IMG/VR virus record: IMGVR_UViG_3300025759_000073
Coordinates: 21,076 to 85,075 of that record
Length of the DNA: 64,000 nt
Direction: 5' to 3' (one strand)
Source of the DNA: a virus
Shown: positions 8,617 through 18,368 of the stretch, piece by piece
How the letters are laid out: every line of letters begins with the position of its first letter
Position numbering within the stretch: the stretch's first letter is position 1
The notes under the pieces: model-generated
Told to the model about the DNA's origin: nothing
The model's input: the letters and a program-made list of their open reading frames with translations, nothing else
Database searches by the model: none
Translations under genes and position numbers: made by a program

Positions 8617-9164
8617 TTATCCTTCTCAATGCCCTCATAGACATAGGGCCTGTATCCATAACCATATCCATAATATTTATTAGGAGGAACTGATCCTTGT
8701 CTTTCTTTGTGTGGAACTTCGCCAAGCTCCGTGGACTCTTCCGGTGTTGGATTGGTTAGATCTTCTTCATATTGATCTTCAAAAGTTTCAATAAAATTAA
8801 TATACTTTTCGTTTTCTTTTAGATACTTGTGGATTAGAAAAATAACAACATCGAAAGAATTTAAGTCATCATCTTTTGGCTCTAACAGTTTCGCACCCAA
8901 AGAGTTTGGAACATAGCCGGCTTTAATGGACGTGTAATCTGTTGCACCTTTTTGACATAGATAATTTAAAAACTCATCTTGAATCGGATAAGCGTCTGCA
9001 CCGTGCTCCTGCTTTGCAACGGTGATAACCTTTTTGTTTTTCACATCCAAATGTATATCGAATTCAGGATGACTATTAAACATTAGATCGCCATTCAAGG
9101 TCTTGACGCATTCAATTTCAATCTCTTTATGATAGCCCGGAGGTTGAATTTTAATCTTAAACAT
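8613..9164 (-). CDS. Hypothetical head-module protein
   Basis: 183-aa ORF overlapping both neighbours, with an acidic C-terminal region and a YG-rich tail. Confidence 0.7.
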   Translation of the reverse strand: MFKIKIQPPGYHKEIEIECVKTLNGDLMFNSHPEFDIHLDVKNKKVITVAKQEHGADAYPIQDEFLNYLCQKGATDYTSIKAGYVPNSLGAKLLEPKDDDLNSFDVVIFLIHKYLKENEKYINFIETFEDQYEEDLTNPTPEESTELGEVPHKERQGSVPPNKYYGYGYGYRPYVYEGIEKDN

Positions 9165-9969
9165 TCTTGAACTCTCTTATAAGCTGCTGGATTTTAAGAA
9201 TTTTAAGGACCATTTTGTCGTCAATCTGCTCCGCCTCTTTGAGGGTCTGTTTTACTTTGGAAATCTTATCTTTAACTTGTGGGTTGATCTCTTTTGTTTC
9301 GATCAAACGAAGATCAGCTTCAATTTTTTCCATTTCCTGCTCCAAGAAGAGAACAACCTCAGAATTGGAGCCATCTAGGGAGAAAAGATATCTTTTGATC
9401 AGATCTTTTTGTTCTTCGAAGAGATCTTCTCCGTATTTCTCGTTGAACTTTTTCATAAAAACATCAAAAACAAGATTGTCTGTAACAACTTCTTTCTTTT
9501 CTTGGATTGGTTTCAACATTCCTTTAACAACTTCATTCTCCAACAGAACGCGGTTTTTAACACTCGTATCCCTATTGAAGATCTGTGAAATAGAAGCGAT
9601 TGTTTTGTAATTGGGAAGAAAGTAATTGAAAATACCAGAACCCAACTCTTTGTTCATAAAATTGATCAATCTTGTTTGCTCGTTGAAAAGCTCTTTTTCA
9701 TCAATCTTGTAATTTTTATCTTTCGCTTCGTGAAGAAGACGATGAGCATTGTTCAAAGAACAATTGGTGGTATTGTAAAGAGTCTTATAGGTATCCAATT
9801 GCCTATTCAGACTTGTACCTTTTTTGAAAAACTCTTTAAGACAATCTTTAATCTTTGCAGCCTTCTCTTTATCTTTGTTTAATACTGAGATTGTCATTTC
9901 CCTGACTAAACACTCATAAAGAAAAGCAGTGTTTCTTTTCTTATTATGCTTGAGCTTTTTAGTTTTCAT
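9157..9969 (-). CDS. Hypothetical protein following portal (possible prohead core component)
   Basis: KHNKKRNTAFLYECLVRE N-terminus; helical; overlaps the portal stop. Confidence 0.65.
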   Translation of the reverse strand: MKTKKLKHNKKRNTAFLYECLVREMTISVLNKDKEKAAKIKDCLKEFFKKGTSLNRQLDTYKTLYNTTNCSLNNAHRLLHEAKDKNYKIDEKELFNEQTRLINFMNKELGSGIFNYFLPNYKTIASISQIFNRDTSVKNRVLLENEVVKGMLKPIQEKKEVVTDNLVFDVFMKKFNEKYGEDLFEEQKDLIKRYLFSLDGSNSEVVLFLEQEMEKIEADLRLIETKEINPQVKDKISKVKQTLKEAEQIDDKMVLKILKIQQLIREFKNV

Positions 9970-11926
9970 CTTTATTCTCCAATTCTTTCAAGAGCTTATC
10001 CACTTCTCTTGTGTTGTTTATAACATCTGAATAATTAGATCCTTTTCCCTCATACATCCCCCTGCTCGATCTTACAAATGAATTAAAATCTGGAAAGATA
10101 TTCTCTTTAGATCTACTAGCGGAACGATCTGAATACTTTGCTTTGTAGTTTTTCTTTTTTGGAGCCAGTGATGTTCTTTTATCACTGGTGACTGGTTTAT
10201 ACCACTTTCCTTTTGATTTGGAAGTTGTTGTCATTCCATCTTTTTCGTATTTATATTCTTCGTCATCTCTCTTACCCGGGGTAGCTAGCAGCATAGGCTC
10301 TTCTCCACCTCCGCCGGCATCACCGCCTAAATCTAAACCGGTGTCTTCACCACCGCCGGCTTCGCCACCAAGATCTAAATCTAAACCGGTGTCTAATTCT
10401 CCAGCATCTGTTCCGGCAGCATCTCCGCCTAGGTCATCTCCAGCGCCGCCAATTCCACCTCTTTCATTTTCTGCCACTTCTGCTACTTTTTCCAATTCTG
10501 CAATAAACACGCGGTCGTAGAACTGCTCTCTTTCGTTTCTTAGTTGATCTGCCTCGGAAAGGTTGAAAATATTCTCACCAATCCAACGACGAGAGAAGTA
10601 AGTTTCAGTTGCAGATGCAGCAATATCAAACTTGGTTCGCCAGTATTCCAACTCTTGGAGTTCTGCAATTCTGGACGGGTTGCTCAAACGCAGCTTGAAA
10701 GAAACCAGATCTTTGTTTTTGTAGCCTAAAGTGTGAAGGTGAATGATCCCGATCTTTTCCAATTCAGAGATCACCGATCTTTGCAACCTTTGAATTGTTC
10801 TTGCAAAGCGAACGTCTTTTTGCGCCAGAGCGCCTTTTTCGACTTCACCACCAGCCTCTCCGCCGGCAAGGTAAGACTCTGGAACTTTCAAAGCAGCAAA
10901 CAACTTAGCACGAAGATACTTTACATCATCAATATCACCGGTAAACTGACCACCGGCCAAAGAAGAAATGTCAGAGCCAACTCCGTTTCGCACAGGAAGG
11001 AAGTAATCTTCTTCAACAGAAAGAGGGTTATAGCGAAGGTCAACGCGACCGGTGTCAGGGTCAATAACCTGATTTCTTTTCATTTGGGTCATAACCCTTT
11101 GGACATACTGCTCCACTTCCTGCGGAGGAATGTTACCAACTTCAATCTTGAAGATCCTTCTTTCCGGAGAGCGAACAATGCGATAAGCCATCATTGCATC
11201 TTCAATAAGAGTTAATTGTCGCCAAATCCTTCTCGCTGGCTCCAAAACAGAAGTCCCATAGGGAGAATATTTATCATTTCCTAAGATGCGGAAGTGAGCA
11301 ACTTGCCAGTTTTCAAAAGTTAAACCACCCGAGTTCCACTGGTATTGAATATAATTTGGATTTGTTTTATCCAAACCTTCCAACCTTTCAAGCTCGTGCG
11401 TTGGAAGCCCAATGGCATTTGTGATACCTTTTCCTTCTTCGATATCCAAGTAAAGAAAGAAGTCTCCGAACTTACACATCGAACGACACCATCCAAAAAG
11501 ATTAAACTCAACATTCAAAATGTCCATATAAAGCTCTTCTAGAATATATTTAATCTCTTGATTTCTGGTGTCAATTGTTAAAAGATTGTTGATGAAAGTA
11601 GAGGTTGTCATTTCATCTGCGTAAATATCAATGGCTGACGCAATCTCTGGCATATACTCCATTTGCTCGAAGTCTGCGTATCTTTCTGCTCGCCCTTGGG
11701 ATGCAACATAATTGTAGGTTGTATTGGCGAATGGATCGTGAATAGATTTTTTGAATTGCTTACCAGAAGCAGACGTAAAGTTGTACTTATCCATCTGCCT
11801 TCTTCGCTCTTTTCGATAGGTTTGAGAGCGATAATTAACAATCGGACCAGAGAAAAGCCTAGTCAATCTTTGGAAAAGATTAGAATTAGGGTTTCTGTTA
11901 CCTTTATCATTTTTCGGAGCAGCCAT
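9959..11926 (-). CDS. gp20: Portal protein (T4 gp20 family) with a long C-terminal extension
   Basis: Motifs EIASAIDIYADE, LEPARRIWRQLTLIEDAMMAYRIVRSPERRIFKIEVGNIP, EEDYFLPVR, DDVKYLRAKLFAALKVP and FARTIQRLQ. Confidence 0.96.
   Translation of the reverse strand: MAAPKNDKGNRNPNSNLFQRLTRLFSGPIVNYRSQTYRKERRRQMDKYNFTSASGKQFKKSIHDPFANTTYNYVASQGRAERYADFEQMEYMPEIASAIDIYADEMTTSTFINNLLTIDTRNQEIKYILEELYMDILNVEFNLFGWCRSMCKFGDFFLYLDIEEGKGITNAIGLPTHELERLEGLDKTNPNYIQYQWNSGGLTFENWQVAHFRILGNDKYSPYGTSVLEPARRIWRQLTLIEDAMMAYRIVRSPERRIFKIEVGNIPPQEVEQYVQRVMTQMKRNQVIDPDTGRVDLRYNPLSVEEDYFLPVRNGVGSDISSLAGGQFTGDIDDVKYLRAKLFAALKVPESYLAGGEAGGEVEKGALAQKDVRFARTIQRLQRSVISELEKIGIIHLHTLGYKNKDLVSFKLRLSNPSRIAELQELEYWRTKFDIAASATETYFSRRWIGENIFNLSEADQLRNEREQFYDRVFIAELEKVAEVAENERGGIGGAGDDLGGDAAGTDAGELDTGLDLDLGGEAGGGEDTGLDLGGDAGGGGEEPMLLATPGKRDDEEYKYEKDGMTTTSKSKGKWYKPVTSDKRTSLAPKKKNYKAKYSDRSASRSKENIFPDFNSFVRSSRGMYEGKGSNYSDVINNTREVDKLLKELENKDEN
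10327..10394. repeat. 20-bp direct repeat in the portal acidic/Gly tail
   Basis: ctaaatctaaaccggtgtct at 10327-10346 and 10375-10394, encoding DTGLDL twice. Confidence 0.9.
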
Positions 11927-11929
11927 TTT

Positions 11930-13528
11930 TTATCCTTTGTATACCCAGCTAAATTGTTCTTGTTGTTTCGCAGCTTGTCTTGCTTTTCTTTGCAGATCTG
12001 CACTTCTATTATAGTCTTTTTGGCCCGGAACTCTAACATCTAATCCGGATCTTGTTGACATAATCCCACCAATCAAGGCTCTTTTAAAGTCATCGTTTCT
12101 TCTTCCTTGCACAATGGCAGTGTCCCTAACCCAACAGGCAATTGCCAAAGACATTGTAAGGTCATCGTTGTAACCTTTCATCGCCTCTGGGCGACCATTG
12201 TTCCAAACAAACGTTCTTAGCTCTTGTATAAGGCGGTTTGACTTGATATTAAGTAGTTTATTTCTTATGAATTCTTCCAACTTTGCAATGATCAGGGGTC
12301 TGGTCTTATGAGAAGTTGAAAAACCGGGAACAGACCCAGTTCTCGTTTCAGCGGTGAAAGAATCAATATATTCACCTGAACCTTTAATAGAAAAATAAAG
12401 ATTTGGATATCCTGCTTCAATCAATTTTTCTAAAACCGCGTATCCAATGTTGTTATTTTCGACAACCAAAAGAGGATTTCCATATTCCCTTGCAACATCT
12501 TGCAAAAAGGTCGCAAAAAGATCAATTGAAGGCTTCCCGCAGTATTCTGCTACGATGTCCATCTCTTCAACGTCAATAACATGGAAAGCAGAGTGGTCTC
12601 TTCCGTCGCCCCTAGCAACATCTGCCGAGATAAGGTAGTTTTTACCTTTTTCGGCCTCTTTCCAGATCCAATAGTTCCTGTCAAACCCTGACTTGTACTT
12701 TGGAACTGCCACTTTCTTCTCATAATAAGTAAGATCGTCGGCGTGAACAACGGTTTCACCGGAAGCATTGAAAGAGCAAAGGTATTCCTGTGCAATTTTT
12801 CTTTGCGGAAGGTTATTTGTCTCTTTTTTGAACCAATTATCATCTCTTTCAGGGTGGACATCCCATGGCAAAGTGGTCAAAAAGAAGTCGTTTTCGCTGT
12901 TTTCTGCTCCAACACACATTTTGTGGAACCAGTTCCCAACACCCATTGGAGAAGAAAGTGCAATAACGCGACCACCGGTTGAAATTGTAGGATAAAGACC
13001 AGCCCAAAGCTCATCCATATTCTCAATGTGAGCGGCCTCATCAATAACCAAAAGAGAAAGAGCTTCTGAACGACCTGCATCAGCAGAAGTCGCAGATGCT
13101 TTGATTTGTGAGCCGTTTGAAAGTTCAAAAGAAGTTCGGTTGTCAATCTTGATTGATGCAATCCTCATCCAGCTAGGGAGAGAGTTCATCATTTGCTTAA
13201 CTTTTCTAACCAAGTTTCCTGCTGTTTGAAGCTTTGTTGCAATAACAAGAATGTTTTTGTTTTGAGAAAACAACATCATCCAAAGAATATAGGATGCACT
13301 CAAAGTAGAGATGCCCAACTGCCTTGCTTTAAGGATAATGTTGTAGCGATTGTTTTGAAATTCTTTTAAAAGCTCTGTCTGGAAGGGGTAAGTTTTGAAA
13401 GGGACTGCGCCACGAACTGGGTGGACAGTTTTTACATAATTGTTGATAAAATAAACCGGGTCTCTACCTGATTTGAGAATTTCCGCTTTAATTTGTTTCT
13501 TTGAGATTCTTGCAGCATTTTTAGACAT
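11930..13528 (-). CDS. gp17: Terminase large subunit (T4 gp17 family)
   Basis: Walker A ILKARQLGIST, Walker B LLVIDEAAHI, SSPMG, QEYLCSF, and nuclease motifs ADVARGDGRD and NDDLTMSLAI. Confidence 0.96.
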   Translation of the reverse strand: MSKNAARISKKQIKAEILKSGRDPVYFINNYVKTVHPVRGAVPFKTYPFQTELLKEFQNNRYNIILKARQLGISTLSASYILWMMLFSQNKNILVIATKLQTAGNLVRKVKQMMNSLPSWMRIASIKIDNRTSFELSNGSQIKASATSADAGRSEALSLLVIDEAAHIENMDELWAGLYPTISTGGRVIALSSPMGVGNWFHKMCVGAENSENDFFLTTLPWDVHPERDDNWFKKETNNLPQRKIAQEYLCSFNASGETVVHADDLTYYEKKVAVPKYKSGFDRNYWIWKEAEKGKNYLISADVARGDGRDHSAFHVIDVEEMDIVAEYCGKPSIDLFATFLQDVAREYGNPLLVVENNNIGYAVLEKLIEAGYPNLYFSIKGSGEYIDSFTAETRTGSVPGFSTSHKTRPLIIAKLEEFIRNKLLNIKSNRLIQELRTFVWNNGRPEAMKGYNDDLTMSLAIACWVRDTAIVQGRRNDDFKRALIGGIMSTRSGLDVRVPGQKDYNRSADLQRKARQAAKQQEQFSWVYKG

Positions 13529-13536
13529 TTCAATCC

Positions 13537-14049
13537 TTAAAATGGAGTGTTGTTCTTACCCAAGGCGATAAATCTTTTGGTTGCATCTCTTACGAGGTCT
13601 TCACCATCATCGTAGGGGTTAGGCTCTCCCTTGATATTGTTAATCTTGTAATGCTTGACACATTGAACAAAGTTTCTTTTTCTAGAGACCGACTGCATAA
13701 GAATGTCACACTCACCTTCTTCGGTCAAACGAAGGGAACGACCGGTGTGTTTTTTGTATTCTGTTTGAAGATATTTGACAATATTAGCATAAATCTCTTC
13801 TACTTCTTGTTCGTAGTCACAACTATGAATATGCTTCAGATCGACATCAGCTTGATAAGTGATAACCATTTTATTTCCGTGAAAACGAACTTTAAAGCCG
13901 TCCAAAAGTTGATGCTCTGTATGGGGAACTTCTTGATCTCGTTTCAAGCCCACTTTAATTTTCTCACCAGTTCTAGGATCGTAAGCGCCGTGATAGGTAT
14001 TTGCCAATACTTGGGAAATTCCTCTAACTACTGCTAACATTTCTGACAT
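13537..14049 (-). CDS. Hypothetical protein upstream of terminase
   Basis: 170-aa ORF with a GGAG SD and the late motif upstream. Confidence 0.7.
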   Translation of the reverse strand: MSEMLAVVRGISQVLANTYHGAYDPRTGEKIKVGLKRDQEVPHTEHQLLDGFKVRFHGNKMVITYQADVDLKHIHSCDYEQEVEEIYANIVKYLQTEYKKHTGRSLRLTEEGECDILMQSVSRKRNFVQCVKHYKINNIKGEPNPYDDGEDLVRDATKRFIALGKNNTPF

Positions 14050-14081
14050 ATTTAAATCTCCAATAAAACAATTTGTTTGTA

Positions 14082-14090
14082 ATAAATAGT
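14082..14090 (-). promoter_or_regulatory. Putative late promoter ACTATTTAT for the packaging/head operon
   Basis: Intergenic, 33 nt upstream of ATG 14049. Confidence 0.6.
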
Positions 14091-14108
14091 AATTAGAAGG
14101 TTAAAAGA

Positions 14109-14450
14109 CTATTTTTTGTCTGGTCTCCAACCTTCCTTCCATCTTTGTTCTCTGCCTTCAATCCACTGTACATAGCAATCAAAACAGCAGGAAAACTTTG
14201 TGAAATAAACATCGTGTCTTGAGCCAATCTTTGTTTGTTCACAAGTTGAACAAACTCTTGCTACTTTTGAGAGGTTTTGTTTTGCTTTCTTCTCTAAATC
14301 TCTCTTTCTTTTTTCCTTTTCTTTCAATTGTTCAAGATATTCTTTTTCTTTTTCTTGATCCCAGCCTGCTTTTGGGTTTTGAACTGCCTCTGCACCCCAT
14401 TTTTCGGAGATTGCTTTCTCCATTTTCACAACGTAGTTTTGGTCTTTCAT
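14109..14450 (-). CDS. Hypothetical Zn-finger-like protein
   Basis: CSTC...CCFDC cysteine pattern; C-term GREQRWKEGWRP. Confidence 0.65.
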   Translation of the reverse strand: MKDQNYVVKMEKAISEKWGAEAVQNPKAGWDQEKEKEYLEQLKEKEKRKRDLEKKAKQNLSKVARVCSTCEQTKIGSRHDVYFTKFSCCFDCYVQWIEGREQRWKEGWRPDKK

Positions 14451-15238
14451 TAAACCTCCTTAAGTTTCTTTTGAATCAATGGCCACAATTTTTTGTAAAG
14501 ATGTTTTAAATAAGGTTGCTTATCTCTCATTGTATGTTGCAGTGTTTTATTATTTATAAATCTGGGATCGTCTCCCAATTTCGCCTCTTTAAACGCTCGA
14601 CTAACTCCTAATAAGAGTTTAAATAGATTTAACTGCGTAACCTGCCCTTCCTTGTAAAAATTAAACAAACTGTTTAAGTATTCTTTATCTTGTTCGTCTT
14701 CTGAATTTAAAAAGTCAACAACCTCTTTGTATATTTCGCTAGAGTGTGCTAAGATTTCTCTTTTTTGGGAAAGATAACCTTTTTTAAAATCTGATTTTTT
14801 AAAATATTTTGAATCTATCAGGTGAATCAACTCGTGATCAAGCATCCTACTTATGGCAAAGTCAATAGTTTCTTTGTCGAAATCTTCCTTGTATGCTACA
14901 ACTATTTTTAAATGATAATAACCTTTATCGCTTTCTTCCGAAAGAAATGCCAGAGAGTCTTCTTCTCCCTTTAGGGGCCGACCAACTGAAAGAATTAAGT
15001 CAACAACCTGCTCCTCTCCGGCAACATTTTTAAACTTAAAGCCTTCGGCTTGATCATAAATTTCCTCTTCTTTATCGGAAGTTAAATATATATTTAAAAG
15101 CTCACGAAACTTGTCTTCAATCAATTTTAAATTTTCATTTGAAATATGATTTTGAATTTTTAAAACACCTTCTTTCAAAAGTTCTCTTTCGATCTCTTCT
15201 TTGATGATTTTGAGAATGGTTTCTTTCTTGATCTTCAC
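14450..15238 (-). CDS. HExxH zincin-like protein with K-I-x-K..II.EE leader (start revised to GTG 15238)
   Basis: MLDHELIHLID plus a downstream YLSQKREILAH glutamate. GTGA overlap with the upstream stop. Leader (M)KIKKETILKIIKEEIERELLKE. Confidence 0.65.
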   Translation of the reverse strand: MKIKKETILKIIKEEIERELLKEGVLKIQNHISNENLKLIEDKFRELLNIYLTSDKEEEIYDQAEGFKFKNVAGEEQVVDLILSVGRPLKGEEDSLAFLSEESDKGYYHLKIVVAYKEDFDKETIDFAISRMLDHELIHLIDSKYFKKSDFKKGYLSQKREILAHSSEIYKEVVDFLNSEDEQDKEYLNSLFNFYKEGQVTQLNLFKLLLGVSRAFKEAKLGDDPRFINNKTLQHTMRDKQPYLKHLYKKLWPLIQKKLKEV

Positions 15239-15675
15239 TTTTGAATTCCTTGTATTCCGTAAAGAATTAAAATTGTTGTTCCTGCTCCGGCAACAAAGCC
15301 AATTGTGATCCAAAGAGGTGTCCAATTGTTTTGCGGCTTTGCAATCTTTCTTAATCTTGTAATCTCTTCTTGATCAATCTTTCTTAAGTTTTTTCTCAAT
15401 TCTTTTTCAATCTTGAAGTCTACTTTGCACTGATCAATCTTCAATTGAAGCTTTGCTTTTTCTTTTTGTTTCTGATAAGAACAATCCAGCTTCAAGCTTT
15501 TTTTCAAGTAATCTTGTTTTGCTAAAATCTTTGCCACCGCTTCATCATCCAAGAGCGTTCCAGAGAAGGGCGCTTTTGCCCCTTTTTGGAGTCTTGTGGA
15601 CTTATTGGCATAGCAGGGCGAAATTGTGATGAAAGTGGCTAGAATGGTGCTTAAAATGCGTTTAAAGGTGATCAT
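15235..15675 (-). CDS. Spanin-like exported protein (signal peptide, coiled coil, C-terminal TM)
   Basis: N-terminal signal ending ...ISPCYA, KGAKAPFSGTLL motif and C-terminal TM LWITIGFVAGAGTTILILY. Third gene of the holin cassette. Confidence 0.5.
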   Translation of the reverse strand: MITFKRILSTILATFITISPCYANKSTRLQKGAKAPFSGTLLDDEAVAKILAKQDYLKKSLKLDCSYQKQKEKAKLQLKIDQCKVDFKIEKELRKNLRKIDQEEITRLRKIAKPQNNWTPLWITIGFVAGAGTTILILYGIQGIQK

Positions 15676-16076
15676 TCTCCCTCCTTATAATCAAGACCAA
15701 ATTCGTCTGCCAATCTTTTGGACAATTGGGAAGGATCTTTCTTTGTTTGTTTCAAGATCTTTTTAACTTTCTTGTCGTATTCTTTCTTGGCGTTTTCTTT
15801 TCCAATCTTGTATTCTTTTCCAATTTCTTCCAAGATCTTTTCGTGTTTCTTTTCTAGATCTTTCTTTTCTTTTTGTTTTTGATCTTGCTTTTGCTGGATC
15901 TCGTACAATTCATCTTCTCTTCTTTTCTGCAAAGATCTTATAATTTGTCTTAGTCTTTTTTGACCGTCACTGGATACTAAAAGAAAAAGAGCAACTGTCA
16001 CAAAGACAAAGACAATTGCTATAAAATATTTGGATTCTGTCCACTTTCTTTTAATCTCTGCCCAAATCTCATTCAT
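15672..16076 (-). CDS. i-spanin-like protein (N-terminal TM plus coiled coil)
   Basis: TM FIAIVFVFVTVALFLLV followed by a charged coiled coil; follows the holin. Confidence 0.5.
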   Translation of the reverse strand: MNEIWAEIKRKWTESKYFIAIVFVFVTVALFLLVSSDGQKRLRQIIRSLQKRREDELYEIQQKQDQKQKEKKDLEKKHEKILEEIGKEYKIGKENAKKEYDKKVKKILKQTKKDPSQLSKRLADEFGLDYKEGE

Positions 16077-16384
16077 TTTGTCACCGTATCACCTGTTGTA
16101 TCGGAAAGGGGAACTTTTCCTTTCTCATCTTTCTTGTCTTTGTCGGACATGATTGTTTTCACTGCTGTTTCAACTTTCGTTGTAACATTGGTCGAACCTT
16201 TCATTGCTTTCACTGCATCAATAACAGATTGTCCACCAATATAAATAGCAGAGATCACAAGCCAGTCTCCTGATTTAAGATTGCCGGTTGTTAAAAATAC
16301 GATTGTTGCGACAATCCAAACCAATAACTTTTTTGAAATAAATGATGATAAATATTTATCAACAAATGCTTTTTTTCTAGCCAT
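16073..16384 (-). CDS. Putative holin
   Basis: 103 aa with SKKLLVWIVATIVF and WLVISAIYIGGQSVID hydrophobic segments and a charged C-terminal tail. Confidence 0.6.
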   Translation of the reverse strand: MARKKAFVDKYLSSFISKKLLVWIVATIVFLTTGNLKSGDWLVISAIYIGGQSVIDAVKAMKGSTNVTTKVETAVKTIMSDKDKKDEKGKVPLSDTTGDTVTK

Positions 16385-16411
16385 TTTAAACTCCTATTTA
16401 AATTTAATTTG

Positions 16412-17947
16412 TTATTGCTGTTCAAACCAGTTAACCAAAACTTGACCTGCAACGTTTCCGGTGGTTTTTACAGCAATTAGAATATCCTGACCTAATCCAA
16501 AAGCAAATTGCAATTCTGTAATGTCCTTTTGGACACCTTGTCCAGCGCCAACGATAAAGGTATAAAAAGGATCAATATCAGCCAAATTTGAAATTGCATT
16601 CGTAGATGGGCTTAATTGAGCATAAGAAACTACACTGTTATTTTCGTCAACATATTCGAAACTAACGTCCCCGGAGATTTTTGCTTTTTTAAACAATCCA
16701 ACAACCAATGTTTTTGGAGAAGCAGCAGCAGACTCATTGGAAGCACCAATCTCCAAGAGATCAAATTCTCCATAGCAACTCTGATCTCTATAGACTCTAT
16801 TAACTTTTAAAAGCGCCACGGGCTTATAGGTTGCACTGTTGACAGTTGGGAACGTAAATGATTTACCAAACTTTGGATCTAATTTTTGAATTTGCCCTTC
16901 AACAAACCCAGCCATCGAAGCGGTTTTCAAAGTTTTGCCAGTTGTTCCGCCAATGTTTGCAGATGTTACTAAGACTGATGTGTTTGGATTTTTCAAAACC
17001 GGCGTGGTTCTAGCGTTTGCGTTTTTGATCATATGAAAAGGAGCCAACACTCCGGTTTCAGGATTTTCAACAGAAAATGATGCGTTTCCAAACCCAAGAT
17101 ATTGATATTGAATTTCATATACATTTCCTTTTGTAAGATCAATTGTCATGCCGGATGGCCCTTTTCCATCTAATCGATCAATATTAAAAGAAGATGCTGT
17201 AATGAATGTTGTTGTTTGCGCGGTGCTATCCTGTATTTGTGAAAATGAACCAACAATAGAACCACCAGAAGAAACAGAGTAAGAACCATCAAAAGCAGCG
17301 GCGGCGCGAGCAGAGATAAAATAAACAGAGGAAGAAACTGCATCTGCTAACCAACCTCCGGGTGCCAATTGTGAATAGTCCCCCAAAGCAATCTGATAGG
17401 CTGTTTGGGTTACATCTGCTCCGCCGGTGACAGGCACAACAATAGAATTGCCATCCAAAGTAATTGTAACATCCTCTGTACCAGCGCCAGTCGTAATCTC
17501 TAGCTTTCTTATTTCTCTATCGCCGTCCTCTGCGTGTAAAATACCAAAAGAAGTTCCAAAGTATCCAATAAAATACCCATTCTCTGCGTTGCCAACTCCA
17601 ATAAACTGTGCGTTTCCTGCATCTGGGGTGTCGTACAAGGCTGTTGCTTTCATTGAAGCGCCTTGTCCGGGGCGATATTTAAGACTCCTCCTCAACTGAA
17701 CTGTAGCAGAACCTGATGCGTTTGTGCCACTTTGGAGAGAGCATATTCCATTTGTTGATGAAACTGTCGCGCCCATCAAAGACGATGTGGTAAAGTTTTG
17801 ATCATTAATTCCATAGACAAAATCACCTTGGGCAACTGGAAAAAAACTTTCTACCATCACTTGCCCAAACGTAGAAATAGGAGAAGCAATATTAACATTG
17901 TCCGCTCCAAGAGTTTTTTTAGGTTTATTTAAATCTGAAAATCCCAT
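16412..17947 (-). CDS. Putative virion structural protein (beta-rich)
   Basis: Motifs ..FG.V.VE, KYRPGQG, NGYFIGY.GTSFGI, DRLDG.GPSG..ID.TKGNVYEI.YQYLGFG and W.E C-terminus, a pattern seen in phage structural proteins. Confidence 0.6.
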   Translation of the reverse strand: MGFSDLNKPKKTLGADNVNIASPISTFGQVMVESFFPVAQGDFVYGINDQNFTTSSLMGATVSSTNGICSLQSGTNASGSATVQLRRSLKYRPGQGASMKATALYDTPDAGNAQFIGVGNAENGYFIGYFGTSFGILHAEDGDREIRKLEITTGAGTEDVTITLDGNSIVVPVTGGADVTQTAYQIALGDYSQLAPGGWLADAVSSSVYFISARAAAAFDGSYSVSSGGSIVGSFSQIQDSTAQTTTFITASSFNIDRLDGKGPSGMTIDLTKGNVYEIQYQYLGFGNASFSVENPETGVLAPFHMIKNANARTTPVLKNPNTSVLVTSANIGGTTGKTLKTASMAGFVEGQIQKLDPKFGKSFTFPTVNSATYKPVALLKVNRVYRDQSCYGEFDLLEIGASNESAAASPKTLVVGLFKKAKISGDVSFEYVDENNSVVSYAQLSPSTNAISNLADIDPFYTFIVGAGQGVQKDITELQFAFGLGQDILIAVKTTGNVAGQVLVNWFEQQ

Positions 17948-18358
17948 TTATCCTACCCCCACTGAGCCTGACCAGTTGTTAGCCAATCTTTGCTTTGGTA
18001 TACCTGTCAACCCTGCAATGACAGAAGCCGAGCATTCATTTAAAGTATCCGACATTAAATAAAGATCTGTTACTTTAAACTCTGCTTCAAAGCTTTCTCC
18101 ATTGTTCAATGTAAAATAATTGTTATCAACCAAACCTTTCACTCCATTTTCAGATATTCCTACCCGAAGAGGCACGTTTGTTGCGCTCCCGTCTAGCGTG
18201 TTGGTAATTACAACAAATCTAGTGACAGACTCAAAAGAAATGTTCTTTGGTGTCGATCCGGACGCTGGTACCGTTAAAGAAGAAGTCAGATAAGGTCTGG
18301 AACTGACTTGGTACGAACCAACGTGACCCAAACCAACATCATATTTTGTCCAAGTCAT
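17948..18358 (-). CDS. Putative virion (head decoration) protein; paralog of 6582-6971
   Basis: MTWTKYDVGLGHVGSYQVSSRPYLTSS N-terminus; AGGAG SD. Confidence 0.55.
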   Translation of the reverse strand: MTWTKYDVGLGHVGSYQVSSRPYLTSSLTVPASGSTPKNISFESVTRFVVITNTLDGSATNVPLRVGISENGVKGLVDNNYFTLNNGESFEAEFKVTDLYLMSDTLNECSASVIAGLTGIPKQRLANNWSGSVGVG

Positions 18359-18368
18359 TTATAAACTC

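Noticed and set aside
15239-15325. N-terminal extension of the 291-aa ORF
   Set aside because: It overlaps the TM-coding end of the upstream gene by about 90 nt. GTG 15238 gives a GTGA coupling and the shared leader.
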